A stretch of DNA of 63,493 bases, counting the filler, from Intoshia linei (taxonomy: Eukaryota > Animalia > Orthonectida): NCBI GenBank assembly GCA_001642005.1. It is 5 parts of 5 records of this genome, joined end to end, with 100 filler letters (N's around TTAATTAATTAA, not from the genome) between each part and the next. Parts side by side here need not be neighbours in the genome. Positions count along the whole stretch, not along the records: positions 11,592 to 36,457 come from LWCA01000523.1; positions 36,558 to 59,524 come from LWCA01000576.1; 3 more parts are not named here. One strand, 5' to 3'. Position numbers and translations under genes: made by a program. Positions 25,363 to 39,450 of the stretch are shown piece after piece; within the stretch, counting starts at the first letter, position 1; each line of letters starts with the position of its first letter. The notes under the pieces are model-generated. The model ran no database searches. It saw only the letters and a program-made list of their open reading frames with translations, and had not been told where the DNA came from.

Positions 25363-27672
25363 CAATGTAACGGATTTGTTATTGTATATTGTACATAATG
25401 ATATACGTACGGTATTGTTTTTGGCGAATTAGCGTATTTCTTTTTGATTGGAATGTATGTTTTGAGACAATTCTAAATTGAAATAATGTTTTTAAACAAT
25501 ACTGTCACTCCAACCTTACTCTTATGTCCAAAGAAACTAATTTATGAATACCTAGCTTGACTTTTATGTACTTTTTACAAACTGGAGTTAGCTTTTCCGA
25601 GGGTCGATGTTTTAATTAAACAATGAGTGTATAATCTTTAAAAAATGCAAATATAGTCAGAACCCTAAAAAATCGTCATAAATAACAAGTGACTCTTGAA
25701 AAAATAAAATTTATTAATGAAAAAAGTAACAATTAATTTTTATTAATAAAAACTTGTATTTCATTACGGCACGAATATGAGGACCTCTGGGCTAAATCAA
25801 TATAATTTTGTAATCATTTCAAAAAATATTATTACAAAATAATTTAATTTCAATCCATGTGAACGAAATTTGAACATCAATTTTTTACTTTTTTAGACAA
25901 AAAAATGACAAAAGAAGCAGATTAAACGTTGAAGGCGTTTTACGTTATGCTTTTTTTTCTACTCAACCTTATATTTTGGAATTATCAAAGAAATAGCATT
26001 CAAGGTGATTAATAATATATATTTCTCCCCTGACCCTGCCAATATTAATAATTACGTAAAAAAAATTGAAAAACAACGATATCACAAGAATTAGAAAATT
26101 GTATAGTTCTGTACGAAATGCCCCCTCAACATCAATTGCAGTTGAACGGAGATTAAGTTTACTGAATAAGTTACTTACAAAAAAAAGAAATTTGTTAGCT
26201 GACAATGTTAAAAAATACCTTATTATGTATTACTTTAAATAATTGCGTAATTTTTGCGACTTCTTCATGTTTAAATTTGTTACTACTTCAATTTCAAAAA
26301 AATATATTGCAAAATATAAATTTACATTTGCCAAGTTGAAGTTGCTATTTTGTAATTGGAAACTTTTTATAGGTTAATAAAGTTACATAATTTTTTTTCA
26401 TAAGTTACAATTTTTTTATTTTATAGATTAAAAAAAACCGCCCTAGTTATAAGTAAAGATTACCTATCAAAAAAAAATAACACAATTTTTGTACTAGGTA
26501 AAGATATTTACACGTTACGAGGAAAGAGCCTGCATCATGAAACCTTTAAAGTGATAGTTGTATTATTAATATTATTATTTGAAATAAAAATTGACATGAT
26601 TTAATGTAATTTTTTGACAATGGGTCTAAAAAATCCCAGAGTTTCAATGTAATCATTATTAGTGTAAATATTTGTAGAATTAGTTGGAGTGTTTCTATAA
26701 CATTTTTCTGGTAATGTCTTTTTGATATCAAATCTTTTGGGATTTTCTATTCTTTCACGTTGTCTATTGATCTGATTCTTTTCAATTATTTTATGGGTCT
26801 ATTTTTGAAATTATTTTGAATTTAATTATAGTACATATGTGTAATAGTATTTTTATACTAATAGACTTAAATAGCTTTGATATATAAAGATAAAATATTT
26901 GAACTTTTCTTTAACATAATTTCATTATTTTAAATTAATTTACTTTATTATTCGATTTTGAATTTTTATCAAAATTTTAACTTTAAATTTAAAAAATTAC
27001 CATTTTATGCACATCTTGTATATTTTTTATTTGTATAATTTCTGTAATGGTAATGTTATTTTTGATACTCTTTGATGTGGTCGTTTTTGCATAAGGTGGT
27101 AATAATTCTTGATACTTTTCATCAGTTGTATGATATTTTTTGTCTTGTTTAATTCTAAACAAATAAATATTAAATTTTAATTCGTATAAATTATTAACTT
27201 TCTATTTGTTAAAAGTTTAAAAATGTTTTCAACTAGGATAACTGATGCTGAATCTTTTGAATGAATTGTGCCGTAAATGATGTTTTCAGGTAAATAAATA
27301 TTGTGTTTTTTTATAAACTAGAAATTTAAGTATTTAAAATTAAATTGATATTAATTTGATACCTTATTTAATATACTCCAATTTTTCAATTTATTTTTAA
27401 AAGATTTTCCATCTATAAACATGTGTATTTGTACCTGAGTCGGAAAATAACAGGAAAAAATTTCAGCAATAATGTATCCATTTGAAAAGTCCCTGTGAAT
27501 TTAAAAATTAGGGCAATTAAATATTTATTATAGTATCGACTTGTGATGTCACATCACTGATGTTTATCAGAATAGATATTTTATACATTTACCATTTTGG
27601 TGTGTAAAACTTTTTTGACAAATTCAAACTTTGCAACCATTTTAAAGTTTCTCTGTTTATTCCTTGAATCAT
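25363..27672 (-). CDS. SPATA4: SPATA4/SPEF1-family calponin-homology (CH_2) ciliary/sperm protein; 3' exon boundaries uncertain
   Basis: MIQGINRETLKWLQSLNLS...W|DFSNGYIIAEIFSCYFP...FIDGKSFKNKLKNWSILNK matches the SPATA4-type CH domain. Further small exons lie at ~27318-27198, ~27152-27000, ~26870-26512 and ~25472. Confidence 0.75.
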
Positions 27673-28472
27673 TATATTTTTATGATTATTATACTTACAC
27701 AGTATGAAAGTTTTTAATAACTAGAGTAAGTATTGTATTTTTTAATATTTTATAATACTAATTCTTTATGTTTTAATTATAATTTTTTATGTGCAATTGT
27801 TTACTTTGTTGTTTGGGTTAGAATTTATAAAGTAGAGCATATCTGTCAAATGTATTGTAATTTCCATTTTTTGAATTATTATTATTATCATTTCATTAGT
27901 TTGACCCACATTAAATTTTATTGATAATTATGTGAAATTTAGGATAAATGTCTGAATTTAAATTCCATTTGATTAACCTGATTAATTAACTTTTTTATGT
28001 CTGTTTCAATGTTTGACTTGAATATATTCATAATTTATTGGTATAAAAGTCAAATTAATGATTTGTTACATCTTAATTAACGAAAAGGAAATATTATATA
28101 ATATTATTATAATTATTAGATTAATTTAGGTTTATGGCTCTGAAGGTTTTAATTGCTGAGTACACTGTTCTATACACTGATAATTACATTACATATATAT
28201 TATATTATGTGTCTATACATTATAAGCTCGAAATATTATTGAAAATCCTTCAGTCAAGAAAAATTTTTACCGGTCCGCGATAAATTTTATATTTTACTAC
28301 AGGCCCGTCATTAAAAAAAGTGTGAGAAGCCTTGGCTTAATACATAAGATTTCTACTGTAATGCTCTAATAATAAAATAATTCGCAGATCACTTATAATG
28401 CACTCATTCCGTAACTTTTATCTTAAGTTCGACTTGTGTTGTTCTAACAATACAATTGTATTTTCATTGCTA

Positions 28473-29347
28473 TCCTTACTTATATAATATGCTACGCAAT
28501 ATTTGTTTGTGTGTGTTCCACTTTATTGAAATAACTACCAGTCTTATAATTTTATAAAGTCCACATTTCAATTCAGTTCTTTCTGGGGGTAATAATAAGA
28601 TAAATTTCAACGTCTCAAACTCACATCTTACGGGTCAAAAACTCAAATTGTCTTTTTTTTTGAAAATCAAACGAGTTGGAGAATTTAAAAAAATATATAC
28701 GCTGATACGGATTTTAAAATCATAAACATTATCATAAATTTAAATTTAAAAAAATTATATCTTGAGGGCCAAAACCCCAAATGACCTTTTTTTTTTTAAT
28801 GAAAACAGCCCTATAATTTAAAAAATTTACAAGTGGTACAGTTTTAATAATCCTGTTAACACACATAAAAAATTTCAATCGGAATAATTGATGAATCATA
28901 GTCAAAAAAGCATTTTAGTATTCATATATTTTTTTTCCGAAATATTTTATTAAAACAAAAAATGTGAATAATTTACGCCTCCAAAAATAAAAAAAAGATT
29001 AATCTGATAGAGCTTAATTCAGATAAAGTAAATACACAATTTCAACCCCAGAAATCTAGGCATTCCCAGTGAAAAATAATTTTTGAAATATTTTGATTAA
29101 ATATTGTATCGATAAAAATATTGATTCTACAATTTCAAAAAAAAATGGGTATTGAATGTCTACATTTACAATAACGAAATATGGATGAAAATCTATATAA
29201 TTCATTTCTTTGGAATTTTTTTCATTGCTACGCAATTTTTAAATTTCAAATTCTCATTTTCAAAATATTTTTTCAAATTTAAACTACAACAACGAAAATA
29301 AAAGTAATACAACTTTGTTATTATTATTATATTTATTACAATCCTTT
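28473..29347 (+). mobile_element. Helitron-like element, 5' portion
   Basis: A|TCCTTACTTATATAATATGCTACGCAATATTTGTTTGTGTGTG start with family body. Confidence 0.78.
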
Positions 29348-29534
29348 GTTTTTTATAGAAATGTTATCATAAAACTATTTTGTTAATGGGTTTGCTACTG
29401 TAGCAATAAATATATATTTTTATAAACATCTAAAATAAGACGGTTAATAATTATTTAATATGATCACCAATTATTTAATGCTATATATCTTCGCAATCAG
29501 AATTAAATTAAGTACAAAATGATATTATTCTTGT

Positions 29535-29756
29535 TGTGTCCGTTCAAATGATCGTAGTTTTTTGATCGTAAATCATAAGATCGTATTTTATAATCGTAGT
29601 TAATATTAATTTTAATATATGATAATACAATTTTACTATGGTGTTCAAATTACAGAATATTTTTTTATCCAATTTAATTATAAATTCTAATATTAGTATA
29701 TTTTTACGATCATTTGATTCACTATCTTTTGATGTACGATCTTTTGATAGTGCGCC
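29535..29756 (-). mobile_element. 9-bp-TSD MITE (diverged copy)
   Basis: Flanks TATTCTTGT/CATTCTTGT; ends TGTGTCCGTTCA ... GATAGTGCGCC. Confidence 0.7.
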
Positions 29757-30028
29757 CATTCTTGTGTAGTTCTATTTTTGAGTGTGCGCCAGTATTATAA
29801 ACTTAAGTGTCCAAAAAAATAAGTGCTATCAGATTTATTTTGGAATAAATTTTCAGTAGAAAAATTTTTATTCGTCATCATATATAAGTAGTTTTGGCTT
29901 TACATTTAACACCAAATAAACTGAAATTGATTGTACGTATTCTTTCTGGCCACTTTATATAAACACTTATTTTTACATACATAGGATAAAACAAAAAATA
30001 TTTCTACATTTAATAAATTTTATTTTTA

Positions 30029-31993
30029 TTATTGAAATTGTTCATTTGTTAAAATATTATTGATCGAGTGTTTTGGAGTAATAAAAGGTTTGGTATCTTT
30101 AAGAGTAAGCATTGAAATGGAAGAAACACAGCAAGAATTGTCATCTTTGACATTGTTTGAATTGATATCATTACCTTCATTTTTGTCAACATTAACACTT
30201 GTAATGTTTATTTTTAAATTTGAATCATCTTGTAAAGTAATGGAATTTTCATATTTATTTGTATAAGTTACCTGAATACGATTCATCCGTTCAGCAACTT
30301 CTTCCCTCAATTCTTTGGCAGTATAGCCAATAATATGTTTCAAATCACAAACAAACTTGTAAACAAATCGTTTTGAAGGTACTTTTGTGATAATATTTTC
30401 TTCATAATAATATCTTAAGGCACGACTCAACTTTTCGTAATTCATTTTTGGTTTATTTTTACGCGCACCCCACATTTTGGCTATTTTTTCAGGGTGAATC
30501 ATTTTAAACTCTCCATCATCTCCGACCCAATGAATCAAATGGTATTGAGTTGGATCTCTTAAAATAACCAACAAAAATTGCCATAATTGAATATAACCAG
30601 TATTAAAATTATTTTCTTTAAATTTATTGTTGAATGGAATAATTTTTTTCTTTTTTTTTTTTTTAATAATTGAAAATTTTTGAAGGACATTGTTTAGATT
30701 GCATTCCTCGACTCTCATAACGTCACTTTTAAATTCCTGGTCTACATTCTTTTTTTTTTCAGAGTAGTCGATGGGCATCGATGGACAGTCATTATTTTTA
30801 CATTTTAGGTGAGTTAGAATGTTGTTTAATTTAGATAACTCCTTTGGAATATCTTTAATAGCATTTTTTGGAATTAATATTATATTATTTATCCTCAAAT
30901 GACTAAAATGATGCAAAAAGTTGGTAACATTCGAATTCAGCTGTAAGATTGTACAAAAATCAGACATTGTGATAAAATTAAATTGCTGACCAGAAAACAG
31001 TTTAAATGGTGCACATTTGAAAATTTCTGGTTTAATTTTAAACCCAAACACCAGTTGAGCCCATATTAACCAATTTATTATTAATTCACTATTCCAATGT
31101 CTAAACTGAGAAAATTGAAAATTTGGAATATTTTCATCGTTTTTTTTAACCATGCCATCATTATTTAAAACCGATTGGTCACTTTCCATCCAATTTTGTA
31201 AATTACAATCATGTATCTGCAAGTCTATAATTTCAATATAATTGTTACGTTCAGCGTTTGATTTTTCAATACTACTGATTAATCGACCACTTGGACCGAC
31301 ATTCCAGGAAGTAGCTGTTAAGTAAACTCTAATTGTCAACATTAATTTTTGTCCAATATTTAAAATATAAAAATTTTTGTAAATTTTTCTGAAATTAGCC
31401 TTTTCGTTCAATTGATAACGATTTTTTGATATTGATGAATAAATTGGAATTAATATCAATGCATCAATTATACTTAAATTTTTATCATTTATTGGTTTAG
31501 TGTTGTTTATCAGATTTAAGTTATTTACACATTTGTTGAAACGTACATTTTCCACCAAATTTTCAAAATTATATTTTTTTATGTAAGATACAATTTTTTT
31601 TTTAATCATTATTATTGGATCGTCAATGTCTATTAGTATGTGATATGTTTCTATTGTGTTTGCTGCGTTTGTTATACTGTTTTGAAGTTTGTACATTTGT
31701 TGCTCTAGTTCATTTTTTTTAGGTTTCATTTCTAGATTCATTTTTTCTTTGTAGTTATTATTTAATTTTTGAGAATTACATTGAGACATGTTGAGTTGAT
31801 TGGTTTTTGAATATTTTTTAAATTTGTAGTAAAAACAATAAAAGTAATTCCAATATTTTTGCATCATATCTTCTACGTTTTCACATTTTTTGTCATATTT
31901 AATTGGTGAAAAATTTTTCACTGTTGTTTCACTTTCTTCTATAGATGTGAATTGGGATTCATTTGATGGTTTATGCTTTATTCGTAAATCCAT
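30029..31993 (-). CDS. GABPA: ETS transcription factor, GABP-alpha/Ets97D-like (Pointed-like plus ETS domain), single 654-aa ORF
   Basis: IQLWQFLL...WVGDDGEFK...[23 protein letters not shown]...[22 protein letters not shown] has the GABPA-type tail; upstream [17 protein letters not shown] is Pointed-like. Confidence 0.88.
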   Translation of the reverse strand: MDLRIKHKPSNESQFTSIEESETTVKNFSPIKYDKKCENVEDMMQKYWNYFYCFYYKFKKYSKTNQLNMSQCNSQKLNNNYKEKMNLEMKPKKNELEQQMYKLQNSITNAANTIETYHILIDIDDPIIMIKKKIVSYIKKYNFENLVENVRFNKCVNNLNLINNTKPINDKNLSIIDALILIPIYSSISKNRYQLNEKANFRKIYKNFYILNIGQKLMLTIRVYLTATSWNVGPSGRLISSIEKSNAERNNYIEIIDLQIHDCNLQNWMESDQSVLNNDGMVKKNDENIPNFQFSQFRHWNSELIINWLIWAQLVFGFKIKPEIFKCAPFKLFSGQQFNFITMSDFCTILQLNSNVTNFLHHFSHLRINNIILIPKNAIKDIPKELSKLNNILTHLKCKNNDCPSMPIDYSEKKKNVDQEFKSDVMRVEECNLNNVLQKFSIIKKKKKKKIIPFNNKFKENNFNTGYIQLWQFLLVILRDPTQYHLIHWVGDDGEFKMIHPEKIAKMWGARKNKPKMNYEKLSRALRYYYEENIITKVPSKRFVYKFVCDLKHIIGYTAKELREEVAERMNRIQVTYTNKYENSITLQDDSNLKINITSVNVDKNEGNDINSNNVKDDNSCCVSSISMLTLKDTKPFITPKHSINNILTNEQFQ

Positions 31994-32759
31994 TACTTGG
32001 TTATCTAATTTTATAATTATTTTTATTTATCAATTATAATTTAAACCAGATTGGTTCATTGTGTAACCTTATGTTATGTTCAATTAATTAATATAATTAA
32101 AAAACTAATATATTCACATCCCATACATAAAATAATCGAAATTATGTAAACCAAATTTATAAAATTTTAAACTGAAAAATTAAAAATTTAAATTTAAAAC
32201 GTACACATAAAAACTTTTGCTATTTACTTAAAAGCATGGTACTTAAAAATATATAATTTGAACAACTGCACTGCATTTAATATAAAATTGTACATTAGGG
32301 GTGTGACAAAATTAAAAATAATTTTAAAAATTAAGTGCAAGATCAAATAAAGGTGAGTAATTAAACAAAAATAATACAATACCATACAAAAAAAATAATT
32401 AAATTAGATAAAAATTTGTGGAGACGCTTGCCATTTTAAAGATGTCATACAAAAATTAAAATATAACTTTAGATTATGGAATCTTATCATGGGGTGCGCT
32501 ACCTATGATTTGAGTGGTGTTGAATTAATCACCAAGTTTGGCTATTAACTTTGCATCTCTAAATTCAACTCTACCTCATTTATTTTTTATCGATGGTTAA
32601 AGTTCTTATAATTCATTATTATTTATATACCGTAGTATCAATGAGTAAAGTAGCTATGCGGCTAAATTGATGGAAATGTTGTGCACCCCTGATCTAGATT
32701 CTAGATAAAAAATAACTACCTCAGAAATCGAAGCATTCCCGGTTAAAAATAACTTTTAA

Positions 32760-33322
32760 TCCTTACTTATATAATATGCTATGCAATATTTGTTCGTGTG
32801 TATGTGTGTGTTATTACAATTACTTCTTTATTTAAATAACTAATAGTCTTAAAATTAGAATTAGTGCTGATTCCGTTAATTATTGATAAATAATTGGTAT
32901 TTTTAAGTATTTATTAAATTAGTATTGAATATATTATCACATTGAAAATAAAAAAAAAGGTTTTAATAATTTTATTTTTTCAGGACTTATGCTATTTATG
33001 ACAATTTTTAGGATTGGACAGTTTTTCCTTTATTTTTAATATTATACATACATTCTGTCTAATATATTAAAAAAATGTGATAACAATTGTTTTTAAAATT
33101 CTTTACGCAAATGTTAACAAACAAAAAATTAAGATGAAAGATTCACTTTAAAGTGAAAAGTAATGTGATATGATGGAACCACTTTTTTAAAGGATTGATA
33201 ATAGTGAATAGTAGAATTTTTAAGTTAGATTTTCAACGTGAATTTATTTTTTTGGTAGAATATAAATGTGCCCTCTGCAGAGCTAGGTGTTGTTTGTACG
33301 TAGTACATAACAGTCAACCTAG
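32760..33322 (+). mobile_element. Complete internally deleted non-autonomous Helitron-like element (563 bp)
   Basis: 5' A|TC CTTACTTAT..., 3' hairpin plus CTAG|T, no TSD or TIR. It appears inserted between A and T of an older fragment of the same family. Confidence 0.82.
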
Positions 33323-34465
33323 TGTATTATAATTAGGCCGACCAAAAGTTACATAGTGACACATGTGATTTTAAAGTTTAAAATTCATCTTTATGGACTC
33401 TGATTAATTAGATCTGACTTTCAATAATCACATCTGACTGAAACATTTATTATGATTTTTAGTATATTTTTTTGACTGCTACAAAATCGACTTACTATTT
33501 TTTATTTTATTACTAACAATGTTGCTCTTTATATATTTTATTTTTAAATACTAAACATCAGTTAAAAAGCAGTTAAAAATGATTTATCTCAATCTTTTTC
33601 TCGTCACCTGCACAAGCCATTTGATTCATAATTGTTGCATGCGACTGAGAAAAAAGTATGAAAATGTCAATCAATTTATATTAACAATAAAATTTTAACT
33701 CTTAAAAATATAGACATTCGAGGGTTACTCCATAATATTGGATATCCACCTCGACCCATTATTACTATATGGGATAGCTGGCTTAAATTTAGTGTCTATT
33801 ATATTGATAATTTGAATGTTGTAAAATGTATCATTGAGAATATAACTGGTAATGGAATTATTGTAAAAAAATCAAGGGAAGCTTTTTTAGAATAGGTTTT
33901 AAAATAGGTTTTTATAATTTTATTTTTTCTGGAATTTATGATATTTATGAAAATTTTTAGAATTGGACTGTTGTTACTTTATTTTTAATATTATACACAC
34001 AGTCTGTCTAATAAATTAAAAAAATGGGATAACAATTGTTTTTAAAATTCTTTACGCAATATTAATAAACAAAAAATTAAGATGGAATAATTCACTTTAA
34101 AGTAAAAAGTAATGTGATATGATGGTTAATTTTCACGATCAAAACCACACATTACCATTTTTTTATCATTGCTATGCTATTTATCATTTTAAAATCAACT
34201 AGCATAACTTTTTTGGTATAATTTTGGTAAAATCATAGAGTTAGATGTGTATAAATTTTGTACGAAATACTTACCAGCCAAGGTAGTGATTGTATAAACT
34301 AAAACAAAAATAAAAGATATATATTTGCACCATCGCAATTAAAATAGTTTCATAGTTCAATTAGTGGAAATATTTAACTGATAAGTAATAAAACCTAAGT
34401 AAATAGCTTCAAAAATTTACGTAAATGTAAACCACCAGATTAATAGCCCTTATGTAAACAAAACA

Positions 34466-35164
34466 TTAAATTATTAAATTAACAATACGTGTATCGTTTG
34501 CTTTAATTTCGTCATCAATGTTGCTCCACGATAAAGACGACGTTTTTATACGTTTTTGAATAGTATTGGATGGTAGAATATTAAATGATTCATCTCTATT
34601 TGCATATACACCATTAAAAACATTATCGTCTTGTGTAGAAATAGTTTTAACGCTGTTATGTTTGGAAATTTTAGGATGGCATCTTTTTCTCAAGTACATT
34701 AAATTTTCATTGATGGTAATAATTTGTCCACTTTGCTCATTTTGATACATACCGGGAGTACTTAAAGATTTATACAATGGCATTTTACTGACAGGATTAA
34801 GTTTACTTTTTGAATTCTTTTTTGTGAGATCTAGAAAATCTATACTGTTTTCCGTTTGTTTATTTAATTTTTTATTACATACAATAGAGTTCCAATTATT
34901 TTCATAGGTTGAGTAATGACGTTGTTTGTTTAATGGTGAAGATTGATTTGCAATATTAGAATTAATACAACTTTCATTTTTACCTGATAAATAAAATTTA
35001 ACTTTGGGAACGAATCGTACATCTTCTTCACACAAGGTCGTACAAGAATCTGTTGAAGTAGATGATTTTGTCACTAAGGTAGGGTGTGATTTGTAATTAT
35101 ACTTTTTATGAATGTGACCATTGTATTGTTCCACTTTTTCATCCAATTTTAGTTGTGGTGTCAT
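34466..35164 (-). CDS. Unknown S/T/N/K-rich protein (232-aa ORF; possible small terminal exon at ~33645-33605)
   Basis: Long ATG-initiated ORF in very AT-rich DNA with coding-like composition; no domain recognised. Confidence 0.6.
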   Translation of the reverse strand: MTPQLKLDEKVEQYNGHIHKKYNYKSHPTLVTKSSTSTDSCTTLCEEDVRFVPKVKFYLSGKNESCINSNIANQSSPLNKQRHYSTYENNWNSIVCNKKLNKQTENSIDFLDLTKKNSKSKLNPVSKMPLYKSLSTPGMYQNEQSGQIITINENLMYLRKRCHPKISKHNSVKTISTQDDNVFNGVYANRDESFNILPSNTIQKRIKTSSLSWSNIDDEIKANDTRIVNLII

Positions 35165-36343
35165 TGCTTATTATTAAATCTAAAATTTATAAACTGAAAT
35201 TATTTTTAAATTTCTATTTGTTTACATTAAGTACGTTTCAATAAATAGAATTTTATTTAAAGTCAATACATATTTGAAATTTAATTAAAATTATTACATA
35301 TATCTCTAGTCAAATTTTTGTTTGTACATGAATTAAAGTACATGTGCAATAGATGTTTATGTCAATGTATTATCAAAATGTATAGGGGTTTTTATTTTTT
35401 AGATTTTTATCATCCTATAATGTAATAAAGTAGTTTAATTTGTATGTTAAATTTTAGAATGTATAAAATGTGCAAATCTATATTAAAATTTTGTTTTTGT
35501 TTATTTGATTACTGTTCAATCATATTTGACATTGAAAAATTAACATTAAATACATTATATATTATGCGCTAATTTTAAATTCCACAAAATAAAAAGCATA
35601 CATACAATAAATATACACGCCTATAATTTGTGAATGGCTATCATAAAAATTATTATTAGCTCTTACAAAATAATAAAAAAGGCATACAATTACGGTTGTA
35701 ATTTACAACAACATTTTTAACTATATAGTCTAGTACAGTGGTTCCCATGCCTTCAGATTCTGAGGGGGCCACAGATTTAAGAAAAATTTTGAAATTAAAT
35801 TAGAATTTTTAGCAATTAATATGATTTAGTATTTGATATTTACATTGTTAATTAATATATTCTTGAAATTCGGATTAATTTTGGATTATAATAAATTTAA
35901 CTCTTATTATTTATAAACCCTTACGAGACAATAAATACAATAATAATAACAATAATATACAAAAAATAACAATCATAAATTTACAATTGTTTGTATACTA
36001 GACCCTAGTAACTAGGGTGTTAATTATATTAAAGTATGATTTATAACGAAAATAAAAGCAGTAATATTAAAAGATAAAATTTTTTACAGTTGTGGCCAAA
36101 AAAAATGCATATATTAAAAATGAGATATTACGTAAAATTAAATAAAAAATTAGTTAACTACCTAAATTGTAATTGTTTAACAGCATATTATTTGTATTTT
36201 ATTTTATTGAAATCGGTCTTGAAATCACATATTTATAGGATAATTAAATTAGAGCTGACAAAAAAATGCATACTTTATTTAGATCATTAACTCGCCATTT
36301 TAAATGACGAAATTACATTCAAATATTTTTATTTTACAAGCAC

Positions 36344-36457
36344 ATGACTAAGCAGTTAAGAAAAGAGAAAAAATCTCAAATTTTGGCAAGATATTCTGAT
36401 GAGTGGAATCAAAAAAGGTTGGCACACTTTTATGGTAAAAATCAAGGTACCATATCA
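36344..36457 (+). mobile_element. Start of a Tc1/mariner-like transposase helix-turn-helix, cut by the contig end
   Basis: MTKQLRKEKKSQILARYSDEWNQKRLAHFYGKNQGTIS has paired-type HTH spacing. Confidence 0.45.
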
Positions 36458-36557
36458 NNNNNNNNNNNNNNNNNNNNNNNNNNNNNNNNNNNNNNNNNNN
36501 NTTAATTAATTAANNNNNNNNNNNNNNNNNNNNNNNNNNNNNNNNNNNNNNNNNNNN
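36458..36557. other. Artificial contig-joining spacer
   Basis: N44-TTAATTAATTAA-N44. Confidence 0.95.
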
Positions 36558-36986
36558 CATTCAAATGAATTTTAATACATATAAAAGGGTATAAGTAATC
36601 ATTTTAATTTTATAATATCCTTTTTCTGATCTTTATGACGTTTATTTTTTTATTCGCGTTTTAATAAAAAATTTAGCTTATTTTTCAATAATTTGGCGTA
36701 TAAGTTAATAATTTATCTTACGCAAAATAATATAATGATAAAATATATATTTTTGAAAATACAATAGCGAGACATGATTGTAATTGCTTGTCATAAATGA
36801 AATATATTTTATTGCTAATAAATCTGAATTTTATTGTTAATTCTTAGCCAAATTTAAGTTATTCACTTTACAAATCAATGACACTTGAAATTTGTGAATT
36901 TTAAACTTTAAATTTTGTGTTTTTTAATATTTCAAAACAGAAATTTTTTGCTTTCAATTTTGAAAATCAGCATAGTCTCGTAAGGG
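36558..36986. mobile_element. piggyBac-type MITE family 1, partial (reverse orientation relative to 24350)
   Basis: Ends AGTCTCGTAAGGG|TTAA; body is the reverse complement of 24350-24630. Confidence 0.75.
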
Positions 36987-37362
36987 TTAAATTTCTCTCT
37001 CTGTGTCACATCTTGGTATACGACATTATTATTCATTTTAACAAATAACATCAATTTTAAACATAAAAATTTTAAATATTAAAAGTATTAACAATATAGG
37101 AAGATTATAATCCATATTTCTCTAAGGGCTAATACGATGTTTCCGTACTGAAACTGATTTGTGAGTCTCAATTAGAGACACCAATGTGAATTTGTACTTA
37201 AATTAACATTTTATATATAATAATTTAGTATATTTTTAACAAAACGGCTAAATTTTATTGCATACATGGAATAAGTGTTTAATACAAAATGTTTATTATA
37301 TTTTATTATATTTAATTTAATATTAAAATTTATATTGAAATTTACATTTTGCCTAAAAATTG

Positions 37363-37688
37363 GGCGCACTACCAAAAGATCGTAAATCAAAAGATCGTAA
37401 ATCAAAAGATCGTAAAAAAATAAACTTCATAACTAAACTAAATATACTAAATTGAATTGGATAAAAAATATTCTCTGGTGTGAACACCATAGAATATTTT
37501 TATTTTTTTGTAATATGGTTTGTAGGTATGATATAATATGGTATCTTAATATTTCAGTTTTAACTTGGGTCTTTAGTCTAAATTAAATGAACTAGTTAAG
37601 GTAACTATAACTAGCTAATGAATTATTTAAAATAAACTTAAACAAAATAAATACGATCTTTTGATTTGCGATATTGTGAACGGACACG
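37363..37688 (+). mobile_element. 9-bp-TSD MITE (Mutator-like)
   Basis: Perfect TSD TAAAAATTG on both sides; subterminal 14-bp tandem AAAAGATCGTAAATC. Confidence 0.88.
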
Positions 37689-37834
37689 TAAAAATTGATA
37701 TCTAATTTTGACATGAACAATAAAAATACAGTAGACTAAGTATGTACTATTAACAGACTTAAAACAGATTATAAATAAAATTAAATCAACCTTTATAACT
37801 TTGTTTTCATTAAATTGAATATTGCATTGTCTAG

Positions 37835-39374
37835 ATATGGAAAATGAATCTGCGGTAACATGTCAATTAACAAATTGGGCAAACTACATTTTCAACCATC
37901 CAGTTTTAAAAAGAACCTCGTTGGTAGAAAAATTTTTGTCATCTTCTGGCAAACAAGTACATATTCATTTGTTTATATATAAAATAAAATAATATGATAA
38001 TTTAGCATCTAAAATCAGTAACAAAGTTTGCAAAAGAAATTGAAATAACTGTAAAAAATTAATAAACTCAATAAATAAATTGTAGGGTTTCAATACATTA
38101 AATCGTATCGACCACCATTTGGATAAAGACTTTATAACAACCTGGTATTTTCCTAATATTATTATATATTAAACAATTTCTAGCCCTACCGTCATAAATT
38201 CAGCAAAAAGAATTACGAAAGACATCACACCAATATTTAAATCAATGGACCAATTAATAAAAAGCTTTTCTCTATTTGGATTAACACGTTTAAATAATTT
38301 ATAAATTTCATTATAAATATACTAGTAAATAGCATACGGAAAACCTTACTTGAACATCGCAACATCGTTATATGAATTATCTCAAATGTTAAAAATTCCC
38401 GAAAGTAATGATCATAATACGCATAGTTTAATACACGTTTTATAGATTTACGTCAAACTAGTGAAAAAATTAATGATTGGAGTATTTACGTAACTAAAAC
38501 AAGCAATGAATATACGGAACGGGTAATTCTATAAAATTTTGCTCATATACGGTTAAAATATTCATAAATGATTGTTAATAATTTAGTTATCCTTGGAATT
38601 TTCAAAATTACAAGATACGTTAAAGTTTTGCAAAAATCTCACAGATGGAATTAAAGGACCATTAAAAGCTTTTGATGTACATTTATTTTTTTTTATATAT
38701 ATTCTTAACTCTAAAACTGCAAACGGGGTAGTTTTGACCTAATAAATTTGTCTATACAGAACAAAAATTATTTAGTCAAAAGTTATCTAAATGTGTCTTT
38801 AAATTTTAGTATAAATGTGGCTGATTTATAAAATATATTAAATGTATTAATATGTGAAATCTAAATTTTTAACTGGTAAATGGCGGACATCATAAAAATT
38901 AAAAATTAATCAAAAAGTAATATAAATTTACTAGGTTGACTGTTATGTACTACATACAAACAGCACCTAGATCTGCCAATGGCACATTTTATATTCTAAC
39001 AAAAAAATATTAAAAAATATCATAGATTTAAGATTAAATTAACCTGGTTAATACATACATTTATAGTATAATACATACTTATATAGCAAAATACAAAATA
39101 TTATAAAGCACTTGTAAAATCAAAACCACCAGAAATGCATCAAAAATATTATGTGAAGTACTCCAACATGGTCATATCTACGCAATGTGAAGTTAATATT
39201 TACTATGATACAATATCAACATTAATTATTTATGATATGAAAAATTGGATTACAACAAAACTTAAATATCATGAAGAGGTTTTTATAAAAATATTATAAT
39301 TTTAATTTATTTTAACCTTGTTTTTTTAGCAATGTGTTAAATTAAACGAACTATTGGATAATTTTGATAATTAA
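37835..39374 (+). CDS. Divergent sorting nexin, SNX9/18/33-like (end of PX domain plus BAR domain); 5' exons not in this contig
   Basis: Exons separated by 45-50-bp introns: LTNWANYIFNHPVLKRTSLVEKFL (PX end), FKSMDQLIK, YLNIATSLYELSQML, MVISTQCEVNIYY...WITTKLKYHEEQCVKLNELLDNFDN*, paralleling the SNX9-family BAR C-terminus. Confidence 0.68.
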
Positions 39375-39450
39375 ATTAGTTGATTTATTATTTGTATTAA
39401 TAAATCTTTTTATTCGTTTCTAAATTGAATATAGTCCTAACTTATAGGAC

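Noticed and set aside
35918-36986. One intact piggyBac-like element carrying an HTH ORF
   Set aside because: The two TIRs lie on opposite sides of an artificial spacer, and the left TIR lacks a clean TTAA.
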